Virus record (IMG/VR): IMGVR_UViG_3300033144_005150
Source of the DNA: an uncultured virus (IMG/VR IMGVR_UViG_3300033144_005150)
Taxonomy: Duplodnaviria; Heunggongvirae; Uroviricota; Caudoviricetes
Length of the DNA: 20,000 nt
Strand: one strand, 5' to 3'
Position 1 is the stretch's first letter; every line of letters starts with the position of its first letter. Shown piece by piece: positions 1 through 8,291 of the stretch. The translations under genes and the position numbers were made by a program. Below the pieces are notes generated by a model, which made no database searches, was not told the DNA's origin, and saw only the letters and a list, made by a program, of their open reading frames with translations.

Positions 1-10
1 CTCCAACCCG

Positions 11-2530
11 TTGGCGCAGGGACGAGCTCTCCTCAAGACGGCGTTGCAGGGAGACGATTACGTCGTCGAGCTCGACCCCAAGATGGCGAGGAAGTCGATG
101 GAGGTGTTGTCCACAGGATCGATGGTCCTGAACCACCTCATCGGCGGCAAGCTCAACGCCCATGGTGTCGCCCCGTGCCCTGGTGTGCCTCGCGGCAAGA
201 TCCTGAATCTGTACGGTCCAGAAGGCTCCGGCAAGTGTTTGCCCGCAGACGCTTTAGTTTCGACCGATGAAGGGCTCAAAACGGTTGAGGAGATTTTTGC
301 GGAGCATCAGTTTGGCTGCACTACAGCAAACTGGACCAAAGAGGCTGAGACCGTACTTATCAACGGGCACGGTGAACCGGAACGGACCACTCATTTCACG
401 TCGAACGGAAAACGACCTCTTTACGGTCTGAGGACTTTCAGCGGTAAACAATTGCGGGCCACTGCAAACCACCCACATCTGGTTCTTACTTCGCGTGGGT
501 TCTGGATCTGGAAGAAGGCGAAGGAGATCCGTGAGGGTGACGTTCTCGTATCTCAACGTAAAATCCCCGCAGGGAACTCGGGCCGCGACAAGGACTACGC
601 GTATTTCTTGGGTCTCCTCCTTGCGGATGGTTATTTGGGAGAGCAGAGGATCTCTATCTCCAACGACGATCCTTCTGTCAAAGAGTTCCTGGAGACTAAG
701 GTGTCGGGGTTTGGGATTGGGTTTTCAGAACCGAAGCAGTACCCGAACAACGATCCTGATCCGGGCCAAGAACCCTCAATTTCGTACCATTTCAACGCCA
801 CGGAACCTCTGGCCCGTTTTTATGAAGCGTGTGGCTGGTCCCCTGGTGTGGCCAAGGACAAACACACGGGCCCTGCCGTGCGCTGCATGGACGCGGACAG
901 TCTCAGGGCGGTCTTACAGGGATACTTCGACTGTGAGTGCTACATCGACGATGAGAAGGGAGAGATCGAGGTCACTTCTGCCAGCCATCGCCTCCTGCGT
1001 GAGGTGTCCCAGCTTTTGCGGGTCTTTGGGATCGTCGGGCTGATCCGGGAAAAAGAGGTTCCTAAATATCCGGACAATGATTACTGGAAGTTGGTTATCG
1101 GTGGTTCCGAGGCACGGAGTTTTGCTGAACAGATCGGTACCCGGTCGGCACGTCGTGCAGGGAAACTTGAACGCTTGCGGATTCGTGTACATGAGATGGG
1201 CCGTAGTGGGGGCACCAATTTTGACGTGGTTCCCAACTGTGGGGGTCTCTTGCGGGACCTTTACGACGCGTCGGAGACCAGTCGTGAACTCCATGATCTG
1301 TGTGCCGACTACATGGGGGAGCGTCCGCGGGCTCGTCTTACCTATGACCGTTTGGGCCAGATCCTTCGAGCTTTCCAGGAACTGAAGTCTGATTTCAGTC
1401 AAGGTGCCTACGACCGTCTTCATGCTATCTACACGCGTGAGTATTTTTACGACGAGGTCGTAGAAGTGGAGGAAGCGAGCGAGCCGGTCCCGACTTTCGA
1501 TTTCGCCATGGCGGAAACTCATTCGTTTATCGCGGAGGGTTTTGTCACCCACAATACCACCATCGCACTCCAGACCGCAGTCGAGACGATCAGGGGTGGC
1601 GGCACCGTCTGCTACGTTGACTGGGAGCACGAGATCGTTCCCGACTACGCGATGGCGCTGGGTGTGCCGATCGGTGACGACGAGAAGTTCCTGCTCATGC
1701 AGCCTGACACGCTCGACGAAGGCATCGCTATCGTGTGGACCATGGCGACTCACGGGGTCGATCTCATCGTCCTCGACTCTGTTGGCGCTGGTGTGCCCAA
1801 GGCGTTCTTCGAGAAGAGCATCAAGGACACCGCGACCCAGGGACGCGTCGGCATGAACGCGGCTGTGTGGTCGGCGTTCCTTCCCAAGCTCAAGGGTCGC
1901 ATCAACAAAACCAGGTCTGCCGTCATCGGCATCTCCCAGATGCGCGACTCCATCAACACGATGGGCTACGGGGACCAGTTCACGGTCCAGGGCGGCAAGG
2001 CGTGGAAGTATTACAGCGCCCTTCGAGTTCGTCTCAAGAAGGTCGGCACCGAGAAGGCGTCCGAGTACAGCTCTTTGTCCAACAAGACGGACAACCGTGT
2101 CGTCGGTGCGAAGGTCCGTGCCAAACTCGACAAGTGCAAGGTCTCGGCCCAGCAGGGCAACGAGGAGGATTTCTACATCCGCTGGGGCCTCGGGGTGGAC
2201 GACCTTCGTTCGCTCATCGAGATCGGGCTCGCGCACAACGTCATTCGGAAGAAGGGCGCCTGGTATCGCTGGGTGGACCTCGAGGGTGAGGAGATCGGAA
2301 AGAACGGCATGGAGAAACTCCGTGGGTTTTTCGATACCAACGCCCAGGCCCGCAAGTTGTTGGAGCGACAGGTGATGCCGTTCATGGCTGCTGGTGGGTC
2401 GGACGATGCCAACAACGAAGAGGATGAACTGGACCTGTTCGGTGCGGAGCCTTTCCAGGACGACTCCGAGCTCAAGGACATCCTTTCGTCGATCAGCACT
2501 GTCCCCGATGACGACCCGACTGACGGGTAG
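11..2530 (+). CDS. recA: RecA recombinase precursor containing an intein; the true start may lie upstream of the window
   Basis: The exteins join to give Walker A GPEGSGK|TT. Walker B (DLIVLDSV), the RecA motif GGKAWKYYSALRVRL, KKGAWY and an acidic C-terminal tail are present. The frame is open from base 2, so the TTG at 11 may not be the start. Confidence 0.95.
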   Translation: MAQGRALLKTALQGDDYVVELDPKMARKSMEVLSTGSMVLNHLIGGKLNAHGVAPCPGVPRGKILNLYGPEGSGKCLPADALVSTDEGLKTVEEIFAEHQFGCTTANWTKEAETVLINGHGEPERTTHFTSNGKRPLYGLRTFSGKQLRATANHPHLVLTSRGFWIWKKAKEIREGDVLVSQRKIPAGNSGRDKDYAYFLGLLLADGYLGEQRISISNDDPSVKEFLETKVSGFGIGFSEPKQYPNNDPDPGQEPSISYHFNATEPLARFYEACGWSPGVAKDKHTGPAVRCMDADSLRAVLQGYFDCECYIDDEKGEIEVTSASHRLLREVSQLLRVFGIVGLIREKEVPKYPDNDYWKLVIGGSEARSFAEQIGTRSARRAGKLERLRIRVHEMGRSGGTNFDVVPNCGGLLRDLYDASETSRELHDLCADYMGERPRARLTYDRLGQILRAFQELKSDFSQGAYDRLHAIYTREYFYDEVVEVEEASEPVPTFDFAMAETHSFIAEGFVTHNTTIALQTAVETIRGGGTVCYVDWEHEIVPDYAMALGVPIGDDEKFLLMQPDTLDEGIAIVWTMATHGVDLIVLDSVGAGVPKAFFEKSIKDTATQGRVGMNAAVWSAFLPKLKGRINKTRSAVIGISQMRDSINTMGYGDQFTVQGGKAWKYYSALRVRLKKVGTEKASEYSSLSNKTDNRVVGAKVRAKLDKCKVSAQQGNEEDFYIRWGLGVDDLRSLIEIGLAHNVIRKKGAWYRWVDLEGEEIGKNGMEKLRGFFDTNAQARKLLERQVMPFMAAGGSDDANNEEDELDLFGAEPFQDDSELKDILSSISTVPDDDPTDG
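236..1555 (+). mobile_element. Intein (440 aa) with a LAGLIDADG homing endonuclease, inserted in the RecA Walker A motif
   Basis: Starts CLPADALV, has block B ATANH, LAGLIDADG-like helices YFLGLLLADGYL and VLQGYFDCECYI, and ends HSFIAEGFVTHN followed by Thr(+1). Codons are visibly more A/T-ending than in the flanking exteins. Confidence 0.95.
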
Positions 2531-2539
2531 AGTGCCTTC

Positions 2540-3916
2540 GTGTCGATTAAAGTTCGAGTCAGGAACTTCCAGTCCGTCGAAGACGCTGAGATCGTCATCG
2601 ACGGGCTGACCGTCCTGACGGGTACGAACAACACCGGCAAATCGGCGTTCTTTCGTGCTCTTCGGGGCGCCTTCACCAACACCCGTGGCCACGCGTTCGT
2701 GCGCTACGGGAAAGGCCACAGCACCGTCGATGTCACCTTCGACGACGACAAGGTGCTGACCTGGAAGAAGGGGAAGGGCGTCAACACGTACATCGTCAAC
2801 GGCGACGAACTCCCCAAGGTGGGCCACGGTGTGCCTCCCGAGGCTCGTGTGTTCGGCATCGACTCGGTGGTTGCTGGCAAGACGGAGCTCTGGCCGCAGA
2901 TCGCCCCGCAGATCACCGGTGTCAGTTTCCTGCTCCACGAGACTGGGTCCGTGATCGCCGAGGCCGTGGCCGACGTGAAGCGCGTCAACCAACTCTCCCG
3001 AGCCCTGTCTGCGTGTGACAAGGACAAGCGGTCGGCGCGGTCGCAGCTCAAGATTCGCAAGGCTGACGCAAAGACCCTGGCCGAGAGGGCCGAGGGGTTC
3101 ACCGGTCTCGATGCGGTGGCCGAGGGCATCTTTGCGTTGGAGGGTCGCCGCAAGAAGGCCGACAAGGTCACGAAGGCCCTCATCAACGTGGGCAAGCTCC
3201 AACAACGCCACAAGACCGCTCGAGAAGCCGTGGAAGCCTTGGAGGGGCTGGAGAAGGCCGAGAAGGCCCTGCCAGCCCAGGAGGCGATCAAGGCGAGTCA
3301 GGCCCTCTCACGGGACCTGGAGGCGGCTACCAAAGTTCGGAGCCGGCACACGGATGCCCAGGCTGAGGTGACGGCGCTGGACGGTCTCGACGAGGCCGAG
3401 AAGGCGGTCCCAGATCCCAAGCGGACCAAGAAGGCCCAGAGCGTCGGTAGCGGCCTCCGTGGGGCTCGCAAGCTCCACGGGAGGTACACGAGCGCCAAGG
3501 CCGAGGTCGTCGCCCTGGAGGGCCTGGAGGACGCTCAGGAAGCGCTACCGAGTGAGGCTCGGGTCCAGTATGCCCAGCAGTTCCGCAAGGGTGTCCAGGT
3601 CACGGTCGAACTCGCCATGAGGTACGAAGGAGCCCTCAAAGAGCTTGAGGTCGCGGAGACGGCGCACGAGACGTTGGCTGGGATCGATCTCGATGAGAAG
3701 CTCATCGTGCGTGCAGGCAAATTCAAAAAGGCCCGTGGGAACGCAGTGAGTCTCAAAGAGCGCTACGTGAAAAACCGGGATGCCGTCTCGGACCTGGATC
3801 GCAAGATCAAGGATCAGCAGGCAGAACTGGCTACTTTGAACGAAAGTCTCACCAGCGTGCTCGGAGACGTAGATGAGTGCCCGACCTGCGGTGGTGGCCT
3901 AGATCACGTTCACTAG
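2540..3916 (+). CDS. sbcC: SbcC/Rad50-like protein, N-terminal half only (Walker A head, helical arm, terminal zinc hook)
   Basis: VRNFQSVEDAEI..GLTVLTGTNNTGKSAFFRAL is the typical SMC/Rad50 N-terminus. A probable Q-loop (PQIAPQ) and a long helical region follow, ending in CPTCGG. No signature motif or Walker B is present. Confidence 0.88.
   Translation: MSIKVRVRNFQSVEDAEIVIDGLTVLTGTNNTGKSAFFRALRGAFTNTRGHAFVRYGKGHSTVDVTFDDDKVLTWKKGKGVNTYIVNGDELPKVGHGVPPEARVFGIDSVVAGKTELWPQIAPQITGVSFLLHETGSVIAEAVADVKRVNQLSRALSACDKDKRSARSQLKIRKADAKTLAERAEGFTGLDAVAEGIFALEGRRKKADKVTKALINVGKLQQRHKTAREAVEALEGLEKAEKALPAQEAIKASQALSRDLEAATKVRSRHTDAQAEVTALDGLDEAEKAVPDPKRTKKAQSVGSGLRGARKLHGRYTSAKAEVVALEGLEDAQEALPSEARVQYAQQFRKGVQVTVELAMRYEGALKELEVAETAHETLAGIDLDEKLIVRAGKFKKARGNAVSLKERYVKNRDAVSDLDRKIKDQQAELATLNESLTSVLGDVDECPTCGGGLDHVH
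3206..3766 (+). repeat. Degenerate 138-bp (46-aa) tandem repeats inside the SbcC N-half arm
   Basis: Units begin R[HY] at 3206, 3344, 3482, 3620 and 3761. The first three read RHKTAREAVEALEGLEKAEKALP, RHTDAQAEVTALDGLDEAEKAVP and RYTSAKAEVVALEGLEDAQEALP. Confidence 0.85.
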
Positions 3917-3936
3917 GTTGCGTACAAAGGGCGACC

Positions 3937-4146
3937 ATGCCCTCTCTCAACCTGCGCAAGTTCAATCAGGCGATCGTCGATGCTGAGCTGGCTGGCCTGT
4001 CGGACTACGCGGGTCCTCCGTGCAAAGCGAAACTCCAGCACGTTGAGGAAGACGGCACAACGACGCGCGACACCATTCGTCGAACTTGCAAACGTTGCGA
4101 GTCCGACAAACGCATGGCTTGGGTAGCACGACAAGCCGCATCCTAG
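3937..4146 (+). CDS. Small hypothetical protein (69 aa) with a CxxC motif
   Basis: An ATG at 3937 follows AAAGGG and the ORF fills the gap between sbcC-N and sbcD. It contains PPC..QH..TCKRC. Confidence 0.5.
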   Translation: MPSLNLRKFNQAIVDAELAGLSDYAGPPCKAKLQHVEEDGTTTRDTIRRTCKRCESDKRMAWVARQAAS

Positions 4147-4154
4147 GTTTTGAC

Positions 4155-4181
4155 GTAGCCACCGATTCCGGTGGGTACAAG
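4155..4181 (+). promoter_or_regulatory. Hairpin plus GGGTACA candidate promoter element before sbcD
   Basis: GTAgCCACCG-ATTC-CGGTGGgTAC forms an inverted repeat. The motif ends 8 nt before the ATG at 4188. Confidence 0.45.
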
Positions 4182-4187
4182 TAGTAG

Positions 4188-5174
4188 ATGATCCGTCTTC
4201 TCTGGCGCACTGATGTCCACTGTCGGGACCACACCCCAGTCTCCCGAAAGGATGACTGGGTTGAGACGGTTGCGCGCAAGCTGACCGAGGTCGGGGAGAT
4301 CGCTGCTCGGTTCGAGTGCGATGCCGTCATCGATGGTGGTGATTTCTTCGACGACAAGCTCCCTGTCCGCACCCCACACCGTTTGGTGAGTCGGCTGGCC
4401 CGTATCCACCAGGCGTACCCGTGTCCGACCTGGGCCAACGTGGGCAACCACGACCTGCGTCTGTCCCGGCTCGACAACCTCCCGGAGAACCCGATCGAGA
4501 CCCTGTTCTCTACCGGGGTCTTCAAGCGGCTCTACGACAAGCACGAACTCATCATCGAGAAGGAGGGGGTCAAGGTTCGCGTGGTCGGCATCCCGTACCA
4601 CGGGCCCCGCTACGACCTTGCACGGTTCAAGGAGATCGAGCGTGGCGACGAGGACTGGCTGATCTGCAACGCCCATGTCTTGGCGTCTCCGCAGGGCGGA
4701 GAGATGTTCAAGAACGAGGACATCCTCAAGTACGACGACCTTGTGGATCTCAACCCCAACATCGACGTGTGGAGTTTCGGCCACTGGCACAAGAACCAGG
4801 GCATCACTGAGGTCAAGGGCGGCAAATGGGTCGTCAACATCGGCTCCCTGACACGGGGATCGCTGACCGAGGACAACATGGAGCGCGAGCCCGGTGTCGT
4901 GGTGATGGGGTTTTGGCCTTCGTCAAAAGGGATGCCGCCCAGTTTCGAGTTCGTGAAAATCACCATCGACCCTGCGAAAGAGGTGTTCGACGTGGAGAAG
5001 CGCGCCCAAGAAGAATCGCGCGCCATGACGGTTGATGCCTTTGTGCAGTCGGTGAAAGAGGAACTCCAGGCATCCAGCGACAAACCGTTCGGTGAAATCG
5101 TCGAGTCGATGGAGATCCCTGACGAGATCAAGGAGCGCGCTCTTGAGTACATCGAGGCTGCGGGTGAGGGGTAG
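4188..5174 (+). CDS. sbcD: SbcD/Mre11-like metallophosphoesterase nuclease
   Basis: All five calcineurin-like phosphoesterase motifs are present: TDVH, GGDFFD, GNHD, NAH and FGHWH. It lies next to the SbcC-like gene. Confidence 0.9.
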   Translation: MIRLLWRTDVHCRDHTPVSRKDDWVETVARKLTEVGEIAARFECDAVIDGGDFFDDKLPVRTPHRLVSRLARIHQAYPCPTWANVGNHDLRLSRLDNLPENPIETLFSTGVFKRLYDKHELIIEKEGVKVRVVGIPYHGPRYDLARFKEIERGDEDWLICNAHVLASPQGGEMFKNEDILKYDDLVDLNPNIDVWSFGHWHKNQGITEVKGGKWVVNIGSLTRGSLTEDNMEREPGVVVMGFWPSSKGMPPSFEFVKITIDPAKEVFDVEKRAQEESRAMTVDAFVQSVKEELQASSDKPFGEIVESMEIPDEIKERALEYIEAAGEG

Positions 5175-5182
5175 AGTGGTCG

Positions 5183-6157
5183 ATGGTCAGGAGTAAGGTC
5201 CGCACCCTGTACTGGTCGCACCTCAAGGCGTACGAGGAGTGTCCACGCAAGTACCTGTGGAGCTATGGGTGGGGAGACATTGAGTTGGGTCGTGGTCCCG
5301 GTAAGGGGAAACCTCGGCCCGAGGAGGACTCCAAGCATCACCCGGTTATGGGCATCGTGATCCAGGCTGTGCTTGAGGACTTCTACAACAAGGAGATGTG
5401 GGCACGTCCTGAGATGCGGGGGCCGGAGCTCAAACGTCGTCTGACCAAGATGACGCAGGACAAACTCCTTTCGACTTTGGCGCAGCCACGGTTCCACATC
5501 GACTACGAGAAGATCACTTTCGAGGAGATGGAGGAGGTCTGCATCAGCGGAGTCATCGGTTACCTCTCCACGATGCGGCACCACAAGCTCTTGGGAACCT
5601 ACGCCAAGAGCGAGGTCGAGCTGAAGGGTCACGCGACCAACTGGCTCCCCGTCGGAGGTCGAGCCGACTTCATCATTCGCCGAGACGACACGGGCACCAC
5701 GCTGCTCGATGGGAAGAACTCGGGCACGAAGATGAAGTACGTGGATCCCGACCAGCTTCGTTGGTACGCGCTGTGCTTTTCGCTCGCGTACCATAAATTG
5801 CCGAACCGTCTGGGGTTCGCCTGGTTCCGCTATCCGTACGATGAGGAGACCGGCGAGGAAGGCATCGATTGGGTCGATTTTTCCAAAAGGGATCTCAGGG
5901 AGCTCGTGGATCGTGCGATCAAAGTGCGCCGGGGCCAGGAGAACGAGAAGTTCGATCCGACCCCTGTGGCGAAGAACTGCCGGTTCTGTGACTTCGAGAC
6001 GGTCTGCGATGCACGCATTGAGCAGCGGGCTGCGAACGTTGCGAAGCGGAAACGTAAAATGCCGAGTTTGCCGATCGCGGACACCGACGGCATCACCGGA
6101 ATCATGGAATTCGGGTTTGGTGAAATGACGGCGAGTAAAAGTGGGGAGGGCTCATGA
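5183..6157 (+). CDS. PD-(D/E)XK nuclease of the AddB/RecB/Cas4-like type, probably with an Fe-S cluster
   Basis: Motifs are SHLKAYEECPRKY at the N-terminus, GRADFII...LLDGK (catalytic), QLRWYAL, and CRFCDFETVC at the C-terminus, giving the 1+3 Cys pattern. Confidence 0.88.
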   Translation: MVRSKVRTLYWSHLKAYEECPRKYLWSYGWGDIELGRGPGKGKPRPEEDSKHHPVMGIVIQAVLEDFYNKEMWARPEMRGPELKRRLTKMTQDKLLSTLAQPRFHIDYEKITFEEMEEVCISGVIGYLSTMRHHKLLGTYAKSEVELKGHATNWLPVGGRADFIIRRDDTGTTLLDGKNSGTKMKYVDPDQLRWYALCFSLAYHKLPNRLGFAWFRYPYDEETGEEGIDWVDFSKRDLRELVDRAIKVRRGQENEKFDPTPVAKNCRFCDFETVCDARIEQRAANVAKRKRKMPSLPIADTDGITGIMEFGFGEMTASKSGEGS

Positions 6158-6429
6158 GCAATCTGGACCAACAACTCGAAGACGTGATTCGTCGCCGCAA
6201 AACGGTGGCGGACAGCATCGCGCGCCTCATCGGCCGTAGGGAGCAGGCGCAAGCCAATCTCGAAGCGGTCGAGGAGGAGTGTCGGGGCAAGAACATCGAC
6301 CCTGAAAAGATCGACGACATCATCGAGCAGCTTGAAAGCAAGTATCGAACCCTCGTTGAAGAACTCACCACAGATATCGAAGAAGCCGAACGGAAAATCG
6401 AACCGTTCGTGACGGGAACCAAACAATGA
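6154..6429 (+). CDS. Small coiled-coil protein (91 aa)
   Basis: It is heptad-rich and charged, has a GGAGG RBS, and overlaps both neighbours by ATGA. Confidence 0.8.
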   Translation: MSNLDQQLEDVIRRRKTVADSIARLIGRREQAQANLEAVEEECRGKNIDPEKIDDIIEQLESKYRTLVEELTTDIEEAERKIEPFVTGTKQ

Positions 6430-7634
6430 AAATCGAAGTAGCGAAGCCTGATCTCGAAGTTGCCCTCCAAGTGGCATCCATCGGATCCGCATCCACCGGC
6501 AGCGACCTGACCACCCATTTCGTGTTCCGTCACCGTGACGAGGACAACGGCGTGGAGGTCTTGTCCAACAACAACCGCATCGGGTGTTCGATGCCGATCC
6601 AAGGACTCAATGTTTCGTTGTCGGATGACAGCACCGCATTCACCGTCGAGTCCTGGCGTCTCAACAAGTGGCTTTCGGCAGTCGAGGATTCGGTCCTCAC
6701 GCTCGAACTCAAGGACGGCGTGGTCAAGGCCACGAGTCCCAAGGGCTCCGTCAAGTTCCAGTCGCTCGACCCCGGACAGTTCGCGTACTGGGACAAGACG
6801 CTTGCTGAGGTCAAGACCAGCACGACGGTCAGTGCGAAGCGGCTCCAGATTGCGCTGAGCCACGTCAAGCTGTTCATCTCCGACAAGGACACCACGCAGC
6901 CCAAGCTGGCCGTCACGGAGATCAAGAAGTCCGCCCTCCAGGCAACGGACAAGGGCGCGCTCGCGTTCGTGGCCCTGGCTGGGCTCGACGACAGCAACAT
7001 CCGTGTTCACGGCAAGGACCTGGCCCAAGTGCTGTCGTTCCTGAGCCAGTGCGGAGACGAGGATGTCGAGATCAAGGAGCACGACCGTTGTCTGTTCCTG
7101 GTGCGTCACGACGGCGGCGTACTGTCCGTGGGGCGTCCTCCCCATGCTTTCCCGGACATCAACATCGACCGTGAAGGCGAGGACCCTCATTTCTGGGATC
7201 TTCGGAAGGAAGAGGTGATCTCGGCCATCAACGCGCTGGTTGCTTCCGCTTCCAAAGAAGACACGCGTCTGCTCTTCTCTTCTCCCAAGGACGGCATTGT
7301 CCGCATGTCGATGACCAGTGCGTCGGGAGAGAAGGGTTCGATGCACCTCGAGGTGCAGAACACCACGGTCTCGGCCCCCGATGACGACGGTGAGGACACC
7401 GTGATTCCTGGGTTCGGTTCGCAGGAAGGAGCCCCGGAAATCCCCAAGGAGGGGTTCGGGATCGCATACCCGTACCTGCTCAAGCTGTTGGGTCAGTGGA
7501 ACAGCGAGGTGATCCGTTTCGGCATCAACCCACAGGTGGACAAAGAGACCGGCAAGTCCAAGGGCGGCTGGGTTCGTTTTCGAGAGGACCGCGACGGGGA
7601 TGCTTTCCTGACCCTCCTGGTCTGGCTCGTGTAG
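6426..7634 (+). CDS. dnaN: DNA polymerase III beta sliding clamp-like protein, divergent
   Basis: The N-terminus MKIEVAKPDLEVAL, LQATDKGALA (compare ATDGHRLA), an FPD motif, the 402-aa length and the alternating alpha/beta pattern fit a beta clamp. A clamp-loader gene lies nearby. Confidence 0.72.
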   Translation: MKIEVAKPDLEVALQVASIGSASTGSDLTTHFVFRHRDEDNGVEVLSNNNRIGCSMPIQGLNVSLSDDSTAFTVESWRLNKWLSAVEDSVLTLELKDGVVKATSPKGSVKFQSLDPGQFAYWDKTLAEVKTSTTVSAKRLQIALSHVKLFISDKDTTQPKLAVTEIKKSALQATDKGALAFVALAGLDDSNIRVHGKDLAQVLSFLSQCGDEDVEIKEHDRCLFLVRHDGGVLSVGRPPHAFPDINIDREGEDPHFWDLRKEEVISAINALVASASKEDTRLLFSSPKDGIVRMSMTSASGEKGSMHLEVQNTTVSAPDDDGEDTVIPGFGSQEGAPEIPKEGFGIAYPYLLKLLGQWNSEVIRFGINPQVDKETGKSKGGWVRFREDRDGDAFLTLLVWLV

Positions 7635-7637
7635 CGT

Positions 7638-8291
7638 GTGGAACTCCCTGATCTTCCAGAGCTGACCAGCGTGCACGCCAAGGCCAACAAGGCCCTGGGG
7701 TTGCGCGATGCGTTAGTACAGCAGACCGCGGAGAACAACGCCAAGATCCAGGAGCTCTTGAACGAGGATGAGCTTCTCGATCTCGTCGCCACCCTGATCC
7801 GGCGCCTCATCGACGGTGAAGTCACCGATGGCGTGAAGGCCGTGGAGAAGCTCCAATCGGAAGGACTCCAGGAGATTTTCTACGACCAGGATTTGTCCGT
7901 ACGCGCGGAGGTCGAAGAGTCCCGAGGTAAGATCTCGGTGACGCTGTTGACGCAACGACGCCTCAAGGACGGAACAGTCGTCGAGGGTATCGCGGACCAG
8001 TCTTTTGGCGGTAGTGTCCTCACCATGCAGAGCATCCTGATGCGCGCGACGGTTATTTTCCGTCGCGATATGCGCCCGGTGCTGTTCCTCGACGAGACCC
8101 TAGCGGCCGTGGCGAACAAGTACCTGGATCGAGCTGCGAAGTTCTTGTCGAAACTGTGTGAGCAGCTTGACCTCGACATCTTGCTCATCAGCCACGATGA
8201 GGCCCTCATCAACGCAGCCAAGAACGCTTACCTCGTTTCGGACCATGGCGGGAAAGCCAAGTTCCGCAAGCTCAACAGGGGGTCCAAGTGA
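7638..8291 (+). CDS. sbcC: SbcC/Rad50-like protein, C-terminal half only (short coil, signature, Walker B, H-loop)
   Basis: Contains QSFGGS (signature-like), VLFLDE (Walker B) and LLISHD (H-loop), but no Walker A. Confidence 0.85.
   Translation: MELPDLPELTSVHAKANKALGLRDALVQQTAENNAKIQELLNEDELLDLVATLIRRLIDGEVTDGVKAVEKLQSEGLQEIFYDQDLSVRAEVEESRGKISVTLLTQRRLKDGTVVEGIADQSFGGSVLTMQSILMRATVIFRRDMRPVLFLDETLAAVANKYLDRAAKFLSKLCEQLDLDILLISHDEALINAAKNAYLVSDHGGKAKFRKLNRGSK

Noticed and set aside
4150..4181. Canonical sigma70 promoter (TTGACG as -35) before sbcD
   Set aside because: The best -10 candidate (TACAAG) is 20 nt away and a weak match. The site is better explained by the shared hairpin plus GGGTA motif.
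5183..6157. A CRISPR-Cas locus suggested by the Cas4-like nuclease
   Set aside because: No repeat-spacer array or other cas gene is visible, and the repeats in the window are protein-coding.
2528..7640. TAG recoding or readthrough: recA-TAG-sbcC(N) and dnaN-TAG-sbcC(C) are in frame, as are the junctions at 14749 and 15530
   Set aside because: About one third of junctions are in frame by chance and other TAG junctions are out of frame. No conserved domain is interrupted by TAG, and each TAG falls at a natural protein end, so the standard code fits.
2540..8291. Split sbcC as a pseudogene or assembly artefact
   Set aside because: Both halves are intact ORFs with clean domain boundaries and retained catalytic motifs, separated by several complete, tightly coupled genes.
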